A stretch of 64,000 nt of DNA from Laetmonice hystrix. Its lineage: Eukaryota. Below, piece after piece: positions 1-12,900 of this stretch (the first letter of the stretch is position 1; every line of letters starts with the position of its first letter). Location of the stretch: assembly GCA_965235115.1 (NCBI GenBank), contig OZ249436.1, forward strand, positions 42,658,001 to 42,722,000. Direction: 5' to 3'. The notes under the pieces are model-generated. The model did not search any database, had not been told where the DNA came from, and worked only from the letters and a program-made list of their open reading frames with translations. The translations under genes were made by a program, and so were the position numbers.

Positions 1-430
1 GGCGACGCTGTTGGGTGTTTACATGGACAATTGTCTGCTTTTACATAAACAAATGGTTCCTGAACTGAACCATGAGGCTAAAGGTATTTGCCCTCTCTGC
101 AACATTATTCCCCAATGACCCCTAGAATCTTCTAAACGGGTTCAGAATATAAAGATCTCTTGAAAATTTATTAGGCCTACATCGTTCGATCTTATTCTAC
201 AGCAATGTGTAAAGAGACCATTCCCAAATACTAGCACTTTCTCAGTTTTCATTGTACTGTTTTTTTTATATTAGTACGTTGATAATAATAATAATAGACT
301 CAATCGTAGTAAGTAAGCTGATTATGTTTCCAGACAAGCAAAGACCAAGGATCTGAACGTGAAACAATAAATCTCCTGGCTAACAACTTTGGCATCTGTT
401 CCGTCCTGGGACAACTGGGTTAGAACTTAC

Positions 431-3400
431 ACACATGTTACAGGTATCTCCAGACATAGCCGATGAACAGACAGTGGCAAGGGGGGCTTCTTGGCAACCT
501 TTTTACCCATAGAACTTTCTGAATTGACCATTTACAGTAGATTCAAGGACCACTCAGTGATGAACAAACACGAGGCAAAACAACGGTAAAATAATTATCA
601 AACGGTTTGGCATCGACATACAGATGGCAGTGTAAATCAGGTCCAGCGTTCAGACTGAGAACGTGGACACGTACTGCCGACTCCACTGCCATCTGGTGGT
701 TTATACTGGCACTATTACCAGGCCCGACTTAGCTCTAAATATAATCTAAGCCTGAACATTCAGGAGGCAGATATCGATTATATAAATCAGAAAAAAATAG
801 TAAATGGACCACTTGTTTACCAACAAATAGATCCGCCCTACAGCTGAACACAGACATTTTAAATGACAAAGAATGACAATGTTATGACGTTTATCTATAA
901 TAATGATTAATCTGATAATAATGACTGTCTCCAAAAAAGATGTTCATTATATACATTGTACATCATAATGTATTTAAAACCGCGTTTGGTGATATTGAAC
1001 ATTGTAGTTGGCTTAAAATTAGGAGTTTGGAAGACATTACTGTGTGATATTTTTTGTAGAATACTAATCCACTTTAAAGTAACCTTCCATGACGTTAGAC
1101 ATTCCATACTCAACGTTGAATAACATTCTGATTACCTGTTATCAGAATAACCCAGTTCTTACTCCTTCCTTGTCTTTTTACTTGTGCGTTCATTTAAACG
1201 CAATAACCCAGACGCACCCAATGGTTCTGAGGCACGCAGACATGTTCACCTGGGCTGACCCCACCCACTCCCAGTGGAGACAATAGATCAAAGGCGGCAG
1301 CACACAATAATATTGCATACATTAAAGTCAGGTGTTAATGGCTGTTTGCACATGTAATTCCTGATCACTCAAGCTGAGTGAAACTAAATGCCCCACAAAA
1401 GCGATCCATGTAGCAACCCAGGACATCTCCTGTCAATTACCATGCTAGGTGATTCCAAAGAGTGCTGTCTGGCCGCCCCCTTTCCACACCCAAAAAATGC
1501 TACCATTACCGTTTTATGTCATTTGCACAAGGAAGCGTAACCATTATAGGTCTAACATAGACCTGAAAAAAACCGTTGTACCAGAGCATACATAATGTTA
1601 TCTCAAACATGTCAGTTCATTACCAATCCCAATGATAACTCATGTAATGATCCAATACCATTTACTTCTGAACTTCAATCTTGGCAAGCCCATATTTATA
1701 AATGATCTTTGAAGCGAACGTGTGCCATGGCCTGTAGTGCTGCAGGTCAATTTTAAAGAACACCTGCACCAGCACCTTACTAGTCACTGACCATCGGTTG
1801 GATATCCTATCTGGGTACCATAAGATTACTTACATACCACTTTGGCTCTCAACTTTCCCAGTGGATTCCTCAATCAACACCAGAAAATCACTATTACAGA
1901 TTGTCCCAGCTTCCACTTTTTTAGAAGGGCTCTAGCTAGAAATTTCTGAGTGGGGGGGGGGCAGTCAGGGGCGGATCCAGAAATTTGACAAAAGGGGTGA
2001 CCCCTATGAATGGGGGGGGGGTCCAGAAAGATTAGAAAATTACAGTGCCAAATATGCATTTTCCTGGCATCTAATAGGCCTAGATGATAAGTTTCGGGGG
2101 TTTCAGAGGTGGGGGGGGGGAGCTGCCCTGCCTGCCCCCGCTAACCCCCATATCTTCTATGCACATTCAACAGTTTGCCTATTAGGCCTATTATAACCTA
2201 AATTTCTGGGGCGACACATGTACAAAGTTAACATTCTATATGAAGGGTATGTGCCCAACTCCCCTTTTGTAAGGAGCAAAATTAAGTTCACATAAAGAAA
2301 AACATGTTGGTCAAAAAGATCTGTAATAACCAGGTGATATTGCCATCATGCTCATTTCATACTTGTTTTTAGTTTACAAGGGTCAATTTTCTGCATTGTA
2401 AAGATCTTAATTTCATCTTCTCTTTCATCATCATGCCATTTTATATTTTCTTTTATGTCTGGTCCTCAAACTTTTAAATTACTCAAGGGTAACCGAGTAG
2501 CTTCACTAACCTGGCACCCACAAAAAATCTAAATCGTTATGAAGGTTTTTAAAAATAGTCATCAATAAATTATAGGCCTAGGCTATAGGCCTACATCTAA
2601 ATAGTTATCAAGTTATAACATATAGGCCTAACTATCTGAATATAAGATTCAAAATAATTGGCCAGTGTAGGCTAACTGCAATTATTGTGATACGTTAATA
2701 CGTAATAACTTCAGGCAAGAGTGGCAGATAATAACCATGGAACCCATTGTCTTCCCCTTATACCCACACCCACATTTTGCATCAAACCCGCAGTGGCTGC
2801 GAGGACGGTCTGTTTACACCGTCCCCTCACGTGGACTAACAAGCGTCCCTCCCCTGCGCCGCTGTCGCCTATTTTCGCCCTCTTTCCTGGTCTCTGCATC
2901 AGCTAAGTTCCTTTACCTTTCCAGCAAACATCTGATAGGAAAATAAAACATCTGTTTCCTACTTGGGTTTTAATATATTACCGGCAGAGCTAATGGAACA
3001 ATCTGTTGTCAGTTCGTTTAATATGGCCACACTGATGAATCTAGGGCCTAAATACGTCTCGCATCGCGACCGCGGTTAAACAGAACATCACTCTAAACAT
3101 GCGACTTCCAAACTAAATGTCGCGCCCATAAATGGGAATTGTGTAGGCCAGATAGGTGCCTGCAATGGTTTTAGTAGTAGATATATCATATAGACCTAAA
3201 TGTTATCATGTTTCTTAATTTGATCGCCAGAATTAAGATCATGCACGTCGGTCGGCGTTCAAAACAACTGAAACTGAAAGAGGCTTCGCAGAAACTGTAC
3301 CTGGCGTCACAATAATAATACTCGTCACAGGTGTGCTTAAGAATTATAATAACTCACCTGTACAGTCTCGGATTGTCCGTCCTCAAGGGATGATCAACAT

Positions 3401-3520
3401 ATGTCGTGTACTCCAAGTTTTAAATGCCTTTAAATCATAAGTTTGGTGTGATACCCGCGACACACATTAGCCTTTGAAGTCTCGGTGTTTCCAGGTGAGG
3501 CGTTACCTTTCATCGTCCAT
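431..3520 (-). CDS. Candidate 5' coding exons of an unidentified divergent gene whose body lies left of the window
   Basis: ATG GAC GAT GAA AG|gtaacg (3520-3507); 15-nt microexon ttcctatcag|ATGTTTGCTGGAAAG|gtaaag (2931-2917); ATG..ATT GG|gtgcgt (1243-1218); ATG..TGT GT|gtaagt (531-431). All end in phase 2. No recognisable domain. Confidence 0.4.
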
Positions 3521-3885
3521 GTTGATTTGTGACGTCACATCATGATTCGCGGAAGGATTCTAATCAATTTACGGGTGATAATTTTGACTATCGAATGCAA
3601 CGCGAAAAATATATAGTTAATAGGAGACAGATATATCCTACATCAACTGCCATTGTTTTTACCAAATGGTAGAAATCTATATAATAGATTTTCCGTAAAA
3701 GGACATTGTCAAAACGAAAAAGTAGTTCCTCGCGCATTAGGAAGGCTCCAACCACCTGAGCAGTTCTACGACACTTCCGTTTTTACGGGGAGTGGAGTGT
3801 GTATTCCCGTGTTCATGATGTGTTTTCGCTTTACGTGCGCGTGTTGCTATTCTTGCACGCTGGTTGGTCTTTGAATCTTGTGCCA
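3521..3885. promoter_or_regulatory. Putative bidirectional promoter
   Basis: 365 bp between divergent ATGs, locally CpG-rich, with a full CRE palindrome TGACGTCA (3530-3537) and ETS-like CGGAAG/ACTTCCG motifs. Confidence 0.5.
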
Positions 3886-6866
3886 ATGTCACTCTGCCAC
3901 AAATGTGGCAAGCCTGTCTACTTCGGTAGGTATCCATCTCTACGAGCGCTCTTCAGGTTCAGTGTCACTGATGGCATGTCCTTTCTGCTTGTTGTACCTG
4001 GCTTGGGCTTCGGGGCTTGTTTGTGGCTTGTCCTCGACTCCTTGCGGCCCCTGCGGCTGCGTTATTCTACTATTCATTATGCCTGCTCTATACCTAAGAC
4101 TGGATAGATCCCTTTTTATGTTCTTTTAAAATTAATTTCATCACTCAATATGAAAAAAAAATATATTTGAAAGTGACATAGCAACTAGTCTCTCTTCGGT
4201 CCCGGCAAGCCTACCTAGTCCAGTAGTGCACAGGTTCTTTATCATAATTTTCTACTATTTATATATTTTCAGTCTTATTGATTCAATGACTGATACTGAT
4301 ACTGATAGCGTGTTGGGTGGATCTTTGTTTTATGTTTAGGCCTAAATCTGTCATCATGTTATAATTTTGTAAACAATGATTATCAGGATATCACACAAGT
4401 ATATAGATCTACTTCAAAAATTCTTCTTTGTACAAGAACATTATGTATATTGCACTTTCTTTTTTGTGTAATAATAAAAAAATATTGTTGATAACTACCG
4501 TATATATCTGACTACATATGTGCCTGCTTTAGGTAGCAGATACAATCATAAGTGTATTGTCTAACTGAGCTGCATCAATAGCTTGTGCTGCATTGTGTAG
4601 GCCTACTCAAGCACACCAGGAGTTTAGACCATTGCACTGATTTACTTCCTTTTATTCTATGATTTTAAGTCTTTTCCAATGATATTATTTTATTGAGTAG
4701 GTGAGGTAGGATAATAAAATGCTCAACTTGATGGTAAACCATTGTGCTCATCCTGTGAAAAAATATCCTATTGACCTATTTCCCATCTGAACACAATGAA
4801 CCCCCGGAGAACACATTTGATGAAAACAGTGTGACTTGGATGCGGGAGGCAGAGTGTAAAAATATTTCCTAACTTTTTATTCAATTTATTTCATTTGATC
4901 ATTGGATATGTTTTATCCTACTTAGGCCTACCATGGTGTTTTTGCACCCTTGGTCTGTTTCACAGAGGATATGAAGTGGACTTTCCTATTTGATTTCAAT
5001 TAGATCTGAAGCTTCATATATGTAATATATCAAATTACACATAACAATAAATATTGTAACTTCATAAATTCTGTTTTTCAGCTGAGCGTAGGACTTCACT
5101 GGGCAAGGAGTGGCACAGGCAGTGTCTGAGGTGTGAGGAGTGTGGCAAGGTCCTCCACCCTGGCCAACATGCCGAGGTAGGTTTAAAATATCTCACTGAA
5201 TCGTGTGTAAGCCATCTCAACCCAGCATCTCCAAGTTTAGAATATAATTGGAGGCCCTGAGGAAAAATTATGTCAGATTTTGAGATTATACGGAGTTATC
5301 TCTGTGCTGTAAAGCTTGTTTATGTTGCAGGGTACTGGTGCAGTAGCAGTTTGTAAAAATGACATAGTCTCCAGCAGTATAGTTCACAATTGCCATATTT
5401 TTTCAAATATATATGCACATTTGCAGATTGTTTTGCTTTCGGATTGCTTATTCAAAAACCTAAACAATCAGATTTTTCATTCATAGCGAATGAAAGACTT
5501 ATAACTGGAAGCATCTCAATATTTTCCCGCCAATCTGAATAACTACTTTCTGGAAGATAAAATTGCGTCAAGGCTATATGAGGTGTCAGTAAGTAGTTAG
5601 GTAAAAGATTACCAGTGAGTCAGTGACAGGAGACATTTACACAAGGTTATCGCCCAGCTCTATATGTATAAAGTGATTTGAATGAGTACATGTACAACGT
5701 AATACCGATATTGGTATGGTCATGGGTACTGTACTCCAAAGGCCTCTCCCCTGGATCTGCAACTCAGTTCCCCAGTTAAGGATGGGGTGATGGGGGGGGG
5801 GGGGCGGTGTGGGACATATCACTATTGGACATATATATGCAAGAACGTACAAGATTAACCCAATCCGTGGATTTACGCCTATTTCCAGTTGCCAGAAAGT
5901 CCGAATTTTCTAGCTTTTTCTCCGTTTTTGGAGAATGGCCCTAATTTTGCTGGTCAAGCAGAATATAGAATTCAATTAAGCATGACTACCATACGTCCCC
6001 AACCATTAATCTAGGCGAGATTCCCATCCCAACTTATAGGTTCAAGGTACATGTATATACATGTGTACACCCATATTGTCATTGATTTGGCTACAGAATG
6101 GAGAAAGTGGTTTTAGGGCAGTTTAACTAAAAACTGGCATGTAACAAACAGGTGCTGGAGTCATTATCATATAAAAGATATCTGGATAACTTGAAATCCT
6201 TCCAGATATTCTGAACTGTTACCATCTGACACATCACATACAAATCAGGGCCCAGGACCTACAATACACACCTTGCTGACTGGTATAGAATGCATCATCT
6301 ACCTGTGCTGTGGTATGTCTGATGAAGACAATGACTGGCCGGTTACCGGTTGGCATGCCTCACACAGACATTGGGGATCTCCACAGGGATTTAAGAAAAG
6401 CAAAGGTCCAACTTATATTGACCCTCATTTCTATGTTAAAGAGGGCCAGGTATCATATCATATCATACATCTTAAAAGAAAGAGTCATAGAACAAAATAT
6501 GGAAATTAAAAATTGAGTTTAAAGGCCCCATAAATGATATTCTTATCTATGTCAATTTAATGGAATAAGCCCATTCACTAAAACTCAGAAAATGAAATGT
6601 TGCCAAAGATAGGCATACTTGGTACCCTAACGCCTCATGTCCTCATCATGTGATTTACGGTGGTATGTAAACACTTAAGTTATCAACTGACCAGTCATTA
6701 TAATGCCCCAATAATAAAATGTAGTGTACTGTACATTTTAAGTTTTGGGTGTCATATAGGTTTATATTAAGATTTATTCGCTCTTCTCAATTGGTGCGCC
6801 TGAGCCGAGGGAAAGCCCTGAATTTAGAGTACCCGGTGCACCACCTGTCAGTTGATGAGGCCCCTC

Positions 6867-6920
<54 letters not shown>

Positions 6921-9900
6921 TGCTGACCCAGTCTCTGACTCAGTAAGCGCCCCTGTGAGTAGAGTACCCAGTGCATCTCTGACTTTATCGCAGACCTGAG
7001 TGTGAATATCGACAGAACAGATCCTGGTGTCATCCCCAAGGATCAGACTACCGGTACTCGGTACTCACATCCAGTTCCATTGTAGAAACAAGGATATATT
7101 ATGTCGGTGACCAAGACCTAGCGCCAGTGCTGCCGGTTGGGCCTGTTTTTACCGGTGCCGGAGCGGTGGTTGTGAAGACAGGGAGAGACCGTAGCTGGGG
7201 CATATCTGTGCTGTCAGTCAGTCACTGATGCTGACAATCCCTCTAGCTGCTCCCTCAGTTGCCGACCCTCATTCCATCACCGGGGGGCCGATGACTTCCC
7301 TGTAGCAACAGAGGGGGACTGTGGCGAAGGTCATGCCTGCTTGAAATGAACGGCTCAATACCAACCACTTCTTTCAGGAGCAAAGGCATGTGTTACTGTA
7401 CAAGGGTCAACATGTGAACATGTGTGAACGAATGTGAACGGCGTAGTAAGCAGACTTCCCACGACACAAGGATTACGTTAGGCATACCAGGAAGCCAGTG
7501 TCAGGCCCCTGTAATACATGGGAGATAGCCAGTGAGCCTGATAGCCTACTCAGGATTTGGCACCACACAAGACTGACCCGATATCGTGCTGAACCTTGTG
7601 GTTGTCACTTGTTGAATGCCTATAACCTGTGGCGTGGCGTACTCTGGACCTGTGTCTTAGCGCCCCGCCGGTCAGATACATGTAGGTGAAAAGCAAAAGA
7701 GTATAGTGTATGCAAATCTAATTCATCAGATGAGAATCTGAGAAGATTGCATGAAAATCCGTCACCTATAGTGGTCAGTCGGTGATATATAGCGGCCGAG
7801 GCCTAGGCCTATTTGTTACAGGTAGGTCAATTAAGTACCGTTTTAATTTACTTCCCCCACCGGTCTTTGAAACTGTAAAAAGGGGTTAAGTGTGTGTGTG
7901 TGGTGTCTTTATATAAAATATATCTTGATAGAATTCTATTTTATGGCAAGGTCCATTGAATAAAGTTTAGGCTTACTTCTATATTTTCCTGATTTATATC
8001 TACATGCAGGCCTAGGCCTATGTAAACATTGTAGTCCAGTCATAGGCCCTATACCTGGTAGGAACAGGTGCTAAAAGTTTGAGACAATCGGTGAGGGTCA
8101 GTGAATCACCTTTGTAGTGCTGCTCCAGCTCAGAGTAGAGCTGTCAGAAAACTGTATAGGCTCATTATAGGCTAATTATTCTGAGTTATAAGTTAAATGC
8201 CATGTTTTTTACATTCTAAAGTGTCTATCGGAGAAGAATTAGGCTAAGCTCTTTTCTTTTCACAGTTCTTTTAACAAAATTAATGTCTTAATTTCTACTA
8301 AAAGGCTGAATTGAACTGAGCTGTAATTGAAGTCAGATGTAATGTCAGCCCATGCTCGCATACATGATACAGATGTAGGCCTATATGAAGGCAGGAAGAG
8401 ACTATTGCTACAGGATCAAGGATAGCTTAGATTGTCATCTCAAAGTAGTGATTCAAGAGAACAGTTTAAAAAATTACTTTCTTTTTATTTTGTTTCCTTT
8501 GCTGATTTGTTGCAGCACAAGGGAGTGCCTTACTGCGACGTGCCATGCTACGGGGCACTGTTTGGACCAACAATGTACGGGCACGGCTCACCAGTGGAGG
8601 CTCATCGTAGTTTTGGCAGACCGTCACAGAGGAGTCCCAAGGACTCCCCAAAGGACTCTCCAATCAAAAGGTAGAAGCTTTATGATCAGTGCATATCATA
8701 CGGATAAAATTCCAATTTCAGGGTAAGGATTGTGGAATGACGAGTCTAAAATATTTCCTTCATATTGTATCAGAACCTTGGTATACTGTAGGCCTGCATG
8801 AACTACCAATTCTTGGTGAATGGAGACTTTGCTGTTGTCCAATTTGTAGCAACAGCCTGTAACGAGGTATTGTTTAGTGTTAGTGGTCAGGAGGGAGACT
8901 GCTACAATACTGACACTGACGGAGAGGTATGACAACCCACCCCGGGAAGGGCAGAGGTGACCTTTGCCTGCATCAGTATTCAGTTTCCAAGTGGCGTTTG
9001 CCATAAATTGACCTGGCCATATTAGAAGGAACAATTTGTCCAGTTTAGCGCGGAGTGGGGTGTGATATAGAGCCTGGTCATTTTGTGGTGGTGTGCTCCC
9101 CGTGGCCCCCAGCAGGACGGCAAGGTGGTCGGAATATCTGCCTCCTCGTTTGCTGACTCATGGCAGGCCTGCACCCGGTTAAACCTGACAGGACATCCTA
9201 TGGACTGACTCCTAGGGTCAGGCGAGATCATCTTATAATCTTTCCCGGCAGGGTTCCCGTCGTGGACACCATTACTTTAGTAAAGAAATCCCAGAAGTGA
9301 TGGCCCGTTAAATTAACCACATCATTGAGAGATTAAGGCCAATCACTGTGTGAATTTCAGTAGGGGGAGGGGGTGGGGGGTAAAAATTGAAATTTCACAG
9401 GTGATATCTTTACATGGAAAGATACACTATGTGTAGGCCTATAGGAGAAAAATAGTTACATTCCAGTTTCATGAAAGAAAACTTCTACCTTCCCAGCTTT
9501 AGTCTTCATGCCCCTTATTTCCATATATCGGCTGCCAGTCACCTCTGCTGAGAAGTTTATATATTGCCGATTCATTATATGGTTCTCACCCCTCAAAAAA
9601 ACAAAAGACTTGCAGACTGTTAATGTCGAAAACAGTATATTATAATATTTTAATACAAGCATGGTACGCTTTTAGGATCTCTGCCCTGGATCAATTTAAT
9701 CATACTGTCGAAGAGCCAAGTTCAGGTTAGGTCGGCCAATATTTTTTTTTGTCGCCTGGATTATTAGCAAGTCTCCCTGACTGGCATAAATCGTGTATGA
9801 CAGTCTAGAGGTCACTCGGGATACTGCTTGTCTCGCCACTGCTGTGTTTTACAGATTGTATTATATTATGTCGTTCTTTTAGGAAGTAACATGAAGAAAA

Positions 9901-12900
9901 CTGTATATATTTGAACAAAATCCACGTGTCACTGCTAGTAGATTCCAGCCGGCTGATATAAGCTAAGGGTTAGGGGATATTTATAGCCAGCGAGCCAGGC
10001 CCCGTCCCTATCTCTGTGTTGTCGGGAGTCAGGGGCAGTAAGCACCCAGACACATTCAAATGCGGAGATGCAGCAAATATTCAGCCTGGAGGGCAGCAGC
10101 TAGTCTCCTTGAGCCGGGAGCTCCTTATGTACAGTGTTGTAGACCTCCCTCCTCACACTGCAGTCCCGAGGCTCTGGCTCGGTCCATCTCCTGCCGCACC
10201 CGGCGCTCTTTCCATGGACCCTTCCAGCAGGCCGGGTCAAACACCTATTCTGCAGATACTTTATAACGTAGTTTTGGTGTAGTTTTATGGATCTTTGATT
10301 GATCCCTAACAAGGGAGTTCTCAGCGTAACACAATGGCTGCAGCTTGGATTCTGCTGTAGGTATCTGCATGCTGCAACTTTCTTGATTGAATATTGAAAC
10401 TGAAAACATTTTTAAGATGTGTCCTCCAGTAGACATAGAGGTGAGGTAGTTCACTGAAGATTTACAGTAACTACGTGTTACAGTTTAGACTTTAGTGGTT
10501 GATCTAACTTTTCTCAGTTTGAGATGTTTTTCTTCAGCACATAGACTGTTGTCAGTACCGCTATTCCTGTTTGGGATTTCTGTTTTATTATACAACACTA
10601 GTGTAGCAGTATGAAACATTTTATAAGAGGGGAGAAGGTATGTCTCGTCTCAGTCATGGTATATGTTTGGCTGAGAGAGTCTCATCAGCTGTTCAGCAGA
10701 TGTATCCGCGACCACGCCGGTTTCTTTCAGCATGATCCACTTTCTTGCTCTTGAGATAGAGACCTTTTGACACGGGCTTCAGGGGTTTAGCTGTTTCAAA
10801 CGATCGTGGCCTGGATACAAGCCCAAAACTAAAACATCCCTATCCTCAGATCCCATGATGCATGCTCTTGTCTTTTACAAAACTGAATACTGTTGTTGTA
10901 TCTCTTCTGTACACTGTCACAAGTACAAGATAGCCAGTGTGCAGACTTGAATGTTTTCGGATTGGCACTGAAATGAATTTATGATACCAGGAAAACTCTA
11001 AATACGTGTATATGCCGATATGAAATTATCAGATATAATGCTGCTTCAGGATTGTTTTTAGGTAAACATTTTCTTACATCCTCTTTTACGTTATCACGTA
11101 TGATATCACTTTTGATATGATCTCACTCTTGCTAACTTTCATTCTGTGATGTACCGTACTTTGAAAGGACGTTTCTTTAGTCTTCTGTATAGTACGGAGA
11201 AGCATTCGGTATGCCAGCCATGCTATGACTCACTCACGTTAAGATAAACTCTGATAGCAGGCGGTGACCTGGTCTGGAGCACCAGTATATTTACCAACAC
11301 CATAACCCAGTTTTCATGTGCAGGTTATCAGGGAGGATGAGATGACGTAGCCTTTCTTATACAGTGTATTAAGAAGCCTATAATAAGTGGATCAGAATAA
11401 AGAACAGAAAGTAAGGATTGTTAACCGGATAATACTGGTGATGATACTGGATGTTAATTTTGATATCTTAAAGCTAGATTATCGTTTCTTTGGATTATAT
11501 TTGCATTAAGGGGGCTCTCGAGGTCCTCTTCATTTTATTGTCAGTATCTCAGAGCAGCCCCCCCTCCCGGGCTGCCCCGTTGACTGATGCTGAATCCTAC
11601 AAAATAGTCCTGTGGAGTTGAGCTCTATTTGAATTCATCCAGTATTACTATGAGGATGCCGTATTATTGTATACCAGCTATGCCAGTTGACCTCCAACCA
11701 CAACTGACATATTGGTGACTCTTTCCTCCTTCTTCAACCTCCTGTACCAAAACAGATCCATGAAATGGTGTGATATCTGGGTTCCATTACCAGTTTGATC
11801 GTCAAAACCGAAACTAAAATATGCCTGTTTTATATTCATTGTAGAAGTGTAGAGTTGAGTGGTTTGAAAGGCTTGGAATCACAGCCCTTGAACCAAGTAG
11901 GATGGAGTATATCTGTCAGCAATAATTACTTTGCATATTGGAGATATTGATGGTTCTAATATTTTATTTTTATTTTTATGTTCTTAGATCTGATCTGGAG
12001 ATGAGACTGCAAGCTTACAATTCATATCATGACGGGCCGTCATTGCAGCTGTCATCCAGAAAGGTATGTACATCTAATGTGTCAAGCAACAAGAAACAAG
12101 CATCGCAAATTTGTGGTTGTACAGTATTTTCTCCTGTTAGCCTATAACCAAGTTTTCAATTGATGTCATAAAGGTAGGCATGAAATTAAGGAATTCCAGT
12201 GTAAGTACAAATTTGAAGTACCAGCAAACAGGTTCAAAGATTATTGTCTGTTTATCTGTACTTTTTTTGCGTACATTGTTTTGCAGGTCAATGGCCGGTT
12301 GGTGGTGGAAGGTGTACTCCGAGTGTACTGGGGAGTAGAGTGCCCTATTCAGTTACAACCAAAAGACGATAAACCCATGCCTAAATCATGGCGGCGTAGT
12401 TACCACATGGCAATCAGCAATGGCCTCGATGAAGAGCTCTTACAGGTAGTCCCGGTCATTGGGCTTCATTCGCTCCTGTTTCTACTCCTAACCCCAAGTA
12501 GTGCTTTCTGTTTGGTTGTGTTTACTGTAACCCCACGCATTACCAAGAGGTAAAGTACTCGCTGACCTCGGTGTTCCTGCCTTCATTTTCCTCTTAATTA
12601 ACTATTCCAAATTGTGTTTAATTTAAGTACCTGATTAGAATAACTAAAGATTCTATCATTTCCAATTAAGGTAAACTATAACTATAAAGATTATTCATAT
12701 AATATTAGTAATAATGTGCGACGTTGCGGTTAATATACAGTCTGCTATCAAAGGTTCTACGTTGTTAATAAACTATGGGGTAGATTCCCTATGACAGTGG
12801 GGCCGATTGATATTGAACCATTATGTTAAATACTGTGAAAAGGCCCAGAGATGTATGACCACTATTCTGGATTACGTAGAAACTAACCAACCCATTGAAT

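Noticed and set aside
6749..6946. PolyQ-encoding ORF
   Set aside because: An intronic CAG microsatellite in a short ORF without exon support.
8800..10900. GC-richer intronic patches as retroelement or extra exons
   Set aside because: No recognisable protein motifs, LTR ends or required splice phases; RASSF exons join in frame without them.
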